Shown here in pieces: positions 56,070 to 64,000 of a DNA stretch of 64,000 nucleotides (the first letter of the stretch is position 1; each line of letters begins with the position of its first letter). Position numbers and translations under genes: made by a program. This stretch comes from Pachysolen tannophilus NRRL Y-2460. Its lineage: Eukaryota. The notes beneath the pieces are model-generated. The model was not told where the DNA came from. It saw only the letters and a program-made list of their open reading frames with translations, and did no database searches. The stretch is taken from positions 62,001-126,000 of the forward strand of contig KV454012.1 in NCBI GenBank assembly GCA_001661245.1, given 5' to 3'.

Positions 56070-59000
56070 TCACTTGTGATTTTGCTGCTGTAATTGCTGT
56101 AACTGGTAATTATAATTAATGAACTCCTTTTTAGAGTTCAGGGATCCGTAAGGTTGAGGGAATGTTCTGGTATTTTGTATTGTTTCTTTATAAAACAGCG
56201 GAAAGTGATTACCATACTGTGCTGGTAAATTGTGATTATCCGTATTACTATTTATATTGTAATTTTGATTGACTATGAAGTTTTGGTCATTGGTATCTGT
56301 TTTCTTGACATTCTTCCTCTTTGGCTTTTGTTGAGTACCGCTTTCGAAAGTATAGTTATCACCAAATACGGCCATTCTCTTTTTTATACGCTTTTGCTCT
56401 CTTCTTTTCTCAACTTCTTTTTTCAATAAAAAGTTCTGATACATGGGATCATTAGGCTCAGTGGCATTGATATTATTTGCAAACCTTGCAACTTGATCAC
56501 TAGAAGCATCATACATATAAAACCAAAATTTAGACCTTTCGTCACCTGGAGCAAGTTCTATTTTATCTGAATAGTCAAAATTTGGTTTCACCACTTCTAT
56601 AAAATTCACTGGTTTTTCATTCAGATAAATTTTATCATAAGTCAATGTTTGCTTCTGGTAATCCGTAGAGTTCTCTTTATTTTTAAATATTTTCTCCAAT
56701 TCAAATTCGTTTATTTTTTTCGATACTATAGAAAAAATTGAAGAATCTGAAGGTGTTTTCCATTGCCATTCCTCTTCCTTTTTTTTCATTTTCTCTGATT
56801 TTAATCTTTTTCTTTCCTCTCTTTTTTGCTCTTGTTTTAATAATCTTTTCATTTCTAGTTCCGCATACGCTATAGAGGAATCTTTGCATGAGATTTTATC
56901 ATAATTCTCTGCGGGTATTAAAATATTCTCATACGACACTTCAAGAACTTCATCATTATTTTTAGAATTCGGATAAATCTGCAAATTCACTGAAGACTCA
57001 GAGCAGTTATTAGAAATGGTCACCGCACAATAGTAGTCATTATCAATTTTAAATTGAATGAAATCACCTTTTGCCAAATCTTTTAGATAATTGAAACTAT
57101 AATCTTGGTCAAAAGAAGTATTTTTGGGTCTATGATATCGACACAAAGAGCCAAAATCCTTTGTTAATAATACTCCTCCGAGTAGTGAGCAAGTACCATG
57201 AAACGCTCTTGTACACTTCTTATAAGAACATTGAAAACAAATACCTTTAAATTTTAAAGCTGCCTGTTCTTGGACTTGCAGTAAGGAAGTTAAAACAGAA
57301 GTACATATTGAACATTTCAAATTCTTCCTTGCCGTTGGTATTAAATCATACCCTATTACTACTTCATTATTATTGACTTCGTTATCATCTTCAACCAATT
57401 TATTGCTTCCATTTTCACCCTGCTCTGTGTTATTTAAGTCATTTGAAATTTCAACTTGTTTTTGTTCATTGAAAGTATCAGATTTCTCTTTATCATTTTT
57501 TAAACGTATCCAATCTTTTTCCTTAATTATTTGTAATTCAGCAATAAACTCAGAACAAATTCGATGGCACTTCCAGTATTTCCCATATTTCTCACCTTTA
57601 TTATAATGATTACAATCGACAACATCCAATAATTCAAATTTCTTTAGCTTTAGGTAAGCTTGAGAAAGCTTATTAGGACAAAATATACACTGTTGTACTT
57701 CTTCTTTTGGTATAGTTTTTCTAGAAGCCTTATGACCAGATTTTGAAAGCTTCTTAGTATCTGATGTTGCTGGTGATTGTGATTTACTTCCTGTTCCTGT
57801 TTCATTTGCAGTTTCAGGTTCTGAACCGGGTTCAATTTCTGAATCACTTTCTGTTAAATCTCCATTTAATCTTTTAACAAATTTTCGAATATCAATAGAA
57901 ACACTATCATCAACACATTCACATTTTTTAGATACCGCACCAATATCCAACCACTCTTCTAAGGCAAAATTTACCGATTCTGCCAAGTTATAGCCATAAT
58001 TAAATCCCGAATGATAACCATATGGATAAGTTATAATGAATTCTCTTTCTCTGTGTATTATTTTATTTACTTGAATTCCATGTTTAGTTAAAAATTGAGG
58101 TGATGCAGTAAAAGTTTTGTGACGTAAAAATTCTGAACAATTATTATAGTCATCGGGGAAAATTTCAGTCATTAATTTATAAAATTTCAAATGTTGATCT
58201 TGAGGAATAGAGTACCATTGTTTTGGAGCTCCAAAATGCAAATAATTGATTGAATACAAATCTTGATCTTCTAAATGCCAACTAAAAGTTGCCTTCCAAA
58301 GCCCAGCGTATAGGTAAGCATCATTGACTCCAGGTAATTTTGATGGTAACCAATCCAATAAATTAGGTAAATGTGCAACATTCCAAACTCTATGATCATC
58401 TTTGAACAATGACCCCAAAGAATCTGCTCCATACAATGGTGATGAAAATGAAATTGTTTTCCAATATTGTTTTTCCAAGAAATCACATTTTTCATCGGTA
58501 TATATTGAAGTATCTATATTATAATTAAAACCTTTTACCGCGTCTTCTGGTAAATGATTTGAATTTCCCTTTATTAAATTAAATTTTTTTTGATCAGCTT
58601 TTGATATCTTATTATATTGAGGATTTTTTTCACCTCTAGGTACAGGTAATAGATAATTTGGTTGATAACTTAATTTTTTCCATTGTAATAAATTGAAAGA
58701 TTTTTTCTTTTCAATATTGTTAATTGAAAAACATCCAGCTTTATCATTTTGACTTGTAAACTCTTGCGTTATGGGAGATTTAAATGTGATCTTGGCAATA
58801 TCATCCTCTGAATAATGACTTGGACCTCCTCCATGTGTAAACCATTCATTAGGTGGTATAATTTTAACTATACCAGATGACATTCCATACCGATTTATAG
58901 ATTTTTGGAAAATATAAAAATCTTTAAATTCATCCCATGAAGGCTTAAAAACTGGTACCCCATTCTCAACATGATCAGGCTTAATATCAAATAATTCATA

Positions 59001-59159
59001 ATGTCTTTTCAAAGGGGGCACTTCCAGATCATCATGTCCCAACTTAACATCACCAGTAAAACCTTCTTCATGATTCGATTTATTCGATTTACTACATCCT
59101 TCTTCTCCTTGAGATAACACATCACTACAATCACCATAATCCATTATTCTCTCAATCAT
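56070..59159 (-). CDS. RPH1: KDM4-type JmjN/JmjC histone demethylase with PHD-like fingers (Rph1/Gis1 locus)
   Basis: GVPVFKPSWDEF (JmjN), FSWHLEDQDLYSINYLHFGAPKQWY, Cys/His finger region; neighbours MSH6, RAD24, GRX. Confidence 0.85.
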   Translation of the reverse strand: MIERIMDYGDCSDVLSQGEEGCSKSNKSNHEEGFTGDVKLGHDDLEVPPLKRHYELFDIKPDHVENGVPVFKPSWDEFKDFYIFQKSINRYGMSSGIVKIIPPNEWFTHGGGPSHYSEDDIAKITFKSPITQEFTSQNDKAGCFSINNIEKKKSFNLLQWKKLSYQPNYLLPVPRGEKNPQYNKISKADQKKFNLIKGNSNHLPEDAVKGFNYNIDTSIYTDEKCDFLEKQYWKTISFSSPLYGADSLGSLFKDDHRVWNVAHLPNLLDWLPSKLPGVNDAYLYAGLWKATFSWHLEDQDLYSINYLHFGAPKQWYSIPQDQHLKFYKLMTEIFPDDYNNCSEFLRHKTFTASPQFLTKHGIQVNKIIHREREFIITYPYGYHSGFNYGYNLAESVNFALEEWLDIGAVSKKCECVDDSVSIDIRKFVKRLNGDLTESDSEIEPGSEPETANETGTGSKSQSPATSDTKKLSKSGHKASRKTIPKEEVQQCIFCPNKLSQAYLKLKKFELLDVVDCNHYNKGEKYGKYWKCHRICSEFIAELQIIKEKDWIRLKNDKEKSDTFNEQKQVEISNDLNNTEQGENGSNKLVEDDNEVNNNEVVIGYDLIPTARKNLKCSICTSVLTSLLQVQEQAALKFKGICFQCSYKKCTRAFHGTCSLLGGVLLTKDFGSLCRYHRPKNTSFDQDYSFNYLKDLAKGDFIQFKIDNDYYCAVTISNNCSESSVNLQIYPNSKNNDEVLEVSYENILIPAENYDKISCKDSSIAYAELEMKRLLKQEQKREERKRLKSEKMKKKEEEWQWKTPSDSSIFSIVSKKINEFELEKIFKNKENSTDYQKQTLTYDKIYLNEKPVNFIEVVKPNFDYSDKIELAPGDERSKFWFYMYDASSDQVARFANNINATEPNDPMYQNFLLKKEVEKRREQKRIKKRMAVFGDNYTFESGTQQKPKRKNVKKTDTNDQNFIVNQNYNINSNTDNHNLPAQYGNHFPLFYKETIQNTRTFPQPYGSLNSKKEFINYNYQLQQLQQQNHK

Positions 59160-59461
59160 TATCGCAAAACAGTCCTAACCTAGCTCCACCTCGAAACCAA
59201 ACTTAGATCTATCCGCTGATTACAATTAAAAAAATCAACTTTAATTTATATATATATTAAACCAAACCTTGAAAGATTTCCAATTCGTTATCTTTCCCAT
59301 CCATCATCACCTCTGGTGTATTTTTTAAACACGACCAATTTTTTTTTTTGGCTTTGGCGCTAAGAAATCTATTTGTTATTTAAATAAAACGACGTTAACG
59401 AAGCTTGATTTGGAAGTATAATCCTAGGTAATAGAGATTGGAGGTAGTATAAGATGGTGCT

Positions 59462-61741
59462 ATGAGAGCTACTAGAAGTGGGAGAAGTCGCGGTAGAAAA
59501 GCGCTGTTGTCGGATGATGAGATTGAAGTACAGGAGGTGAAGCCTAAAATGCAAAAGAAACGGAAACCATCTCATTCAACAAAGTCATCAATTTCGTCGT
59601 TATCGATGTTGTCACGAACTTTCAATGAAGGTAAAGTTTCTACCGGCGCTAATAGTGCTGATAGCGCTGTCAGCGCTATCAGCGCTAATAACAACAAGAA
59701 AAATGAAGTAGGGAAAGGGGGAATGGGTGGTGATGATTCGAGGCAATGGATTGATAAATATGCACCTTTAAGTTTACTGGATTTGGCAATCCATCCAAAG
59801 AAATTACAAGAAGTTAGGACAAAGTTAAAAGAAATGGTTAATGGAGAGACAAATACGCGTATATTACTTTTAACCGGACCTGCAGGGTCGGGGAAAAGTA
59901 CTGTGGTAAAGCTTTTAGCTCAAGAATTGATGCATGAGTATCTGAAAAATGTAAAAATTAATAAGGATTTCTTGATCAATGAAAATGAAGAAGAAAATGA
60001 TGATGAATCTTCTAAATATTTAGTTGAATTTATAAATTCAAACCTATCGGAATCCCAATCAATGGTGACACAATTTCTGAATTATTTAAGTGAAGTAAGT
60101 TTTTTAAAAGGACCGAATTTAAAATTAATTTTAGTTGAAGAGTTACCCAATATATTTCATTCAGAGACTAGGATTAGCTTTCAAAAAGCTGTAAATGATT
60201 GGTTATCATTGCCAGGATCAAAACTTCCTCCATTAGTATTTTGTATTACTGAAAATGAGTTTAATGATGACCAAGGAGAAAGATTATACAATGTGGAAAA
60301 TAACTTTATTCTGGAGACAATTTTTGGTTCACGTATTTTAAATAATAACAAATTACTGAGAATAAAATTTAACCCAATTGCGAAAACTTTTTTGAAAAAA
60401 CAATTGGATAAAATTTCTACTTGTGAATCTGCTTCATTAGTTGATATATCTAAATCTAAAATTGATGAAAAAATTGAAAAATTGAGTTTAAATGGTGATA
60501 TTAGATCTGCTATAAATTGTTTTGAATTTTGGGCAAGATATTATAAAAAAATATCAAACGAAAATAATGATGATGTTGATGATTTATTCTTAACATTTGG
60601 TAAGGAAAGCAATTTGAATTTATTTAATGCAATAGGTAAAATTATTTATGGTACAAATCATAGAGATATTGAAATAATTAACTATTTGAAATTACAAGAT
60701 ATTCAAAATCATGGAAAGGATTATTCCAAAATTGATCAAAAAATTGCAAAATTGAGTCAATCAGAAATTGATCAAATAACAATATCAAATGTCTTGGCTT
60801 CTTTCTCAAATAAGTCAGTTTTTTTTAATTTAAATTTATTAGAAAACTATAGTATGTTGAATTCATCTAATTTCCCCGTTTGTGATGAATTAGCTTCATT
60901 AGTTGACAATTTGAGTCTTGCTGATATTTATAATTCTAAACAAATGACTGAAATTGGGGCCTTGTTAGCTATTACGTCAACCAGGTATAATATGAGATTA
61001 ATAAAGGATAAAATAGATGATGATGAGAACCTTGATAATGCATATCTTAAATATAAAAACAATAAGCTTAATTTCTCCAGGCATTATAAATTTTTAAGAA
61101 TGTTCAATCAGGTTAAAAACGGCATAAAAGATTATCAATTATGGAAACTAAGCAAATTATCATCATCAACATCATCGTCATCATTCTTACAAGATGAAGA
61201 TTACGGTCCAATTCCAACAACTTTATCTGAGACTGATTGTATAACTATTGACGGATATTTGGAGCCATTGATTTTGAATTCTTTCAGAAATCAAGAAAAA
61301 TTAAGATTAAAGATATTATCATCACATTCATCTGGTGTTAACTATGTGCCGTCAGCAATGTTACCAAAGTATCCAAGAGTTGGTGGGCCATTTCGTAGTA
61401 TACCAAATTTATTATCAGACAAGCAAGTAGTGGTAGATGATTCTGATCTTTTACAAGATGGCAACCAGTACAAATCAATTGAAGAAAAAATTTTGAATAT
61501 ACTTGTTGGAGATGATAGTAAAATTAATGATGAGTTCAATAAAGATGTTGACAGTTCTGACACAGAGTTTGAAAACGATCCAATTGTAGAAAGTGATGAA
61601 GATACAGGTACTGGAATTAAGAAAGAGAAACCAAAGGATGAATTTTTGAACGATTTTGATGATTCTTTTAGTAGTTCAGAGAATGAATCCTTTTTAGCAA
61701 ATGAAGAATTAGAAGCATTATTATCTCAACGGAAAAAATAA
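59462..61741 (+). CDS. RAD24: Checkpoint clamp loader Rad24/Rad17
   Basis: WIDKYAP...LAIHPKK, GPAGSGKST, LVEELPN, IKFNPIA, GDIRSAI. Confidence 0.95.
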   Translation: MRATRSGRSRGRKALLSDDEIEVQEVKPKMQKKRKPSHSTKSSISSLSMLSRTFNEGKVSTGANSADSAVSAISANNNKKNEVGKGGMGGDDSRQWIDKYAPLSLLDLAIHPKKLQEVRTKLKEMVNGETNTRILLLTGPAGSGKSTVVKLLAQELMHEYLKNVKINKDFLINENEEENDDESSKYLVEFINSNLSESQSMVTQFLNYLSEVSFLKGPNLKLILVEELPNIFHSETRISFQKAVNDWLSLPGSKLPPLVFCITENEFNDDQGERLYNVENNFILETIFGSRILNNNKLLRIKFNPIAKTFLKKQLDKISTCESASLVDISKSKIDEKIEKLSLNGDIRSAINCFEFWARYYKKISNENNDDVDDLFLTFGKESNLNLFNAIGKIIYGTNHRDIEIINYLKLQDIQNHGKDYSKIDQKIAKLSQSEIDQITISNVLASFSNKSVFFNLNLLENYSMLNSSNFPVCDELASLVDNLSLADIYNSKQMTEIGALLAITSTRYNMRLIKDKIDDDENLDNAYLKYKNNKLNFSRHYKFLRMFNQVKNGIKDYQLWKLSKLSSSTSSSSFLQDEDYGPIPTTLSETDCITIDGYLEPLILNSFRNQEKLRLKILSSHSSGVNYVPSAMLPKYPRVGGPFRSIPNLLSDKQVVVDDSDLLQDGNQYKSIEEKILNILVGDDSKINDEFNKDVDSSDTEFENDPIVESDEDTGTGIKKEKPKDEFLNDFDDSFSSSENESFLANEELEALLSQRKK

Positions 61742-61960
61742 AGAATATTACATTAACAGCAAACTATTATTATGGGAAATACACATTATAAAGATCTCAG
61801 ATTAGATCAGTAAAAACAAAAAAAAAAAAAAAAAAGAAGACGATAGTTTATAGTGAAGGAGTAATTGAAACACTATTTCCTTTTTTTTTTTCTTTTTTGT
61901 TTTCTTTTCAGGAAAACGAAGAAGAAGAAATAAAAAAGGGGGGGGAATACCAAAAATATA

Positions 61961-62791
61961 TTAAATTTCATTATTTAAAGCTTTATTGAAAAATTCAGAA
62001 TCATCCTCAATACTCTCTTTAATAATATCCAAACCACCTTGAAATGTTCCATTTATGTACAATTGTGGGAAAGTTGGCCAATCACTAAATTTTTTCAATC
62101 CTTGTCTAACTCCATCATCTTTCAATATATCAAAGAAACCAAATCTAACTTGGTTTTCTCTTAATATTGCAACCAACTGTCTAGAAAATCCACATTGAGG
62201 AGATGCAGGTGTACCTTTCATGAATAACATAACAGGTGCTGCAGAAGTTAATTTTTTCAATCTTTCATTTAATTTTTCTTCTGATTCTGATTCTGATTCT
62301 GCATCTTGATTTTGTTGTTGTGCATTAACACTATTGATTTTTTGTGATTGAAATTGTGTTTGCCCTATTGAGGAGTTACCGTTACCATTACCAGCATTTG
62401 AGGTGGATGTAGAGGATGAATTTATGGCAGCAGCTCCCGGAGCTCCTGATGGATATGAGGTCGACTGTTCTTGGAACTGGTTCAACGAGGTGATGAATTC
62501 TTTTGGATCCGCTCCAGATAATTCTTTTAATATAGTACCATTTTGAATCAATACAAAAAATGGAACTGCACTAACATCAAATATTTCCGATATCTGTGGA
62601 TGGTCTTCTGCATTAATTGAAATAAATACAGTTGAAGGATTAGCTTCAGCTAAAGTTGTATAAACAGTATTCATCTGAACACAAGGTGAAGCCCATGGTG
62701 TATGAAAATATAAAGCAATCAATTGTTTCGGATCCGATTGTGAAGTTAACTCTGTAAACTGTTCCTCTGATCTTATTTCAATAACAGACAT
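61961..62791 (-). CDS. GRX3: Monothiol glutaredoxin Grx3/Grx4 (Trx + CGFS Grx domain)
   Basis: WASPC; LFMKGTPASPQCGFS; WPTFPQLY; GGLDI. Confidence 0.95.
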   Translation of the reverse strand: MSVIEIRSEEQFTELTSQSDPKQLIALYFHTPWASPCVQMNTVYTTLAEANPSTVFISINAEDHPQISEIFDVSAVPFFVLIQNGTILKELSGADPKEFITSLNQFQEQSTSYPSGAPGAAAINSSSTSTSNAGNGNGNSSIGQTQFQSQKINSVNAQQQNQDAESESESEEKLNERLKKLTSAAPVMLFMKGTPASPQCGFSRQLVAILRENQVRFGFFDILKDDGVRQGLKKFSDWPTFPQLYINGTFQGGLDIIKESIEDDSEFFNKALNNEI

Positions 62792-63003
62792 TCTTTACTT
62801 TTTTTTTTGAATCCGCTGATTTTTATAATGATACAAGAAAAAAAAATTTTTTTTCTCTTTATAAAATCCTGAATTATATTTATCGGATATAAATTTGCAA
62901 AGAATAAGTTTACTTAATTATCGATTATAAATATATATATATATATATATATGGATGGATTTGATAATTTTTATTTGGTAATAACATGTAAAATAGCAGC
63001 GCA

Positions 63004-63254
63004 AGTCACATGACTTTTTTTGGGTATGATTACTTTCGGAAAATTTTTATTCGCAATTTCCTTTTTGGGAGTATCTGGCTAGTACCGCACTACCGTGGGG
63101 CAAAAAAAAATAAAAAAAACATTCCCAAAACAAAGGGGCTGTCTATATTTAGGGGCTAATTGGAAGAAGGGGCTAAGAAGAAAAAAAAGAAACCTTCCAT
63201 GATCAGCATTTCACGCACTACCCTTATTTTTGGTTTGGCTCGTATTGCACTACC
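63004..63254. promoter_or_regulatory. Motif cluster: 3x AGGGGCT (STRE-like), 3x GCACTACC, E-box GTCACATGAC
   Basis: AGGGGCT at 63134/63151/63168; GCACTACC at 63087/63215/63247. Confidence 0.55.
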
Positions 63255-63510
63255 TGAAACTGGATCAAATAAAAAAAAAAAAAAAAAATTATTTTAAGAT
63301 TCCCTATCAGAGAGATTAGTACTGCCATATTGTGCATATTCTTGCATTATTCTATATAATCAAACCGCTAGACACTAATCTAAAGTAGACTAAACTCATC
63401 AAGTTCACGAATTGATAATTTAAAAATACGATTGATCGTAAGCTGAATATAACAAGATGTATTGGGCAGCACTGATAAATACGTTTATGTATATATGATA
63501 TGATATGTAT

Positions 63511-63565
<55 letters not shown>

Positions 63566-63643
63566 ATATCATATGGTGGTTGAAGAAGGAATTGAGATTC
63601 TTTTAATTTTAAGTTAATCAAAGTTCTCTCTTTGGTGGGCAGG

Positions 63644-64000
63644 ATGATTAAGAAATTATTCAAAGTTTTCAACAAGAGAGGTAGTGTTGACGGGAGTAGT
63701 TCTAGAACATTTGGGGATTTTACCAATGGTTCTTTTGATATTGATGAAATATCAATACTGGCACTGGAAGAATTTGAATCTGCTCAAATCATTTGGAATT
63801 TTGAAGATAATTTTTCATTTTCAAATTTAAATGAGACAAGGCATTTGGATGAAGAATATTTTGAAAATTTACCCTTTTTCGAAGAGGAGTATAAGGAGGG
63901 GCAATTTGAAAATAATGATTATGAAGGGAGTTTAAAATTTTCAAATCATTTTTTAAACATTGATAATTTAAATTTTGAAAAAAATGATAATGATGATGAT
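63644..64000 (+). CDS. 5' part of an unknown gene running off the window
   Basis: ATG at 63644 (MIKKLFKVFNKRGSVDGSS...) stays open for 119 codons to the window end. Confidence 0.65.
   Translation, partial: MIKKLFKVFNKRGSVDGSSSRTFGDFTNGSFDIDEISILALEEFESAQIIWNFEDNFSFSNLNETRHLDEEYFENLPFFEEEYKEGQFENNDYEGSLKFSNHFLNIDNLNFEKNDNDDD

Noticed and set aside
63352..63726. 124-aa minus-strand ORF
   Set aside because: Non-ATG start, runs through a (TA)n tract and overlaps the plus-strand gene at 63644
1..64000. tRNA, rRNA, LTR/transposon or CRISPR elements
   Set aside because: No cloverleaf with A/B boxes, gag-pol, TIR/TSD or spaced repeat array seen by eye; tRNAscan-SE and RepeatMasker were not run

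Overview
AT-rich, gene-dense chromosomal segment of a budding yeast with about 30 protein-coding genes and two assembly gaps. CTG codons fall at positions where homologues have Ala (MSH6, RAD24, PTC7-like), so the organism probably belongs to the CUG-Ala clade (Pachysolen/Nakazawaea/Peterozyma-like) and the supplied translations are wrong at CTG. The most striking signal is two clean internal inversions. Segment 31087-32242 splits both TSR4 and an aldehyde dehydrogenase, and segment ~55255-55862 splits MSH6. Flipping the first back restores two in-frame full-length genes; flipping the second restores MSH6 apart from one missing base in a T run. No recombinase sites flank them, so assembly error is the leading explanation, but real rearrangement is not excluded. 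Features missed by the ORF track include an intron-containing SAE3, a candidate ~360-nt H/ACA RNA, a Zn-cluster pseudogene, a putative ALDH-amidase-3xZn2Cys6 nitrogen-catabolism cluster with UAS-GABA-like sites, a FIN1-like PP1-docking protein and several dense cis-motif arrays. Gene names and homologue motifs come from my recall of these families; no searches were run.
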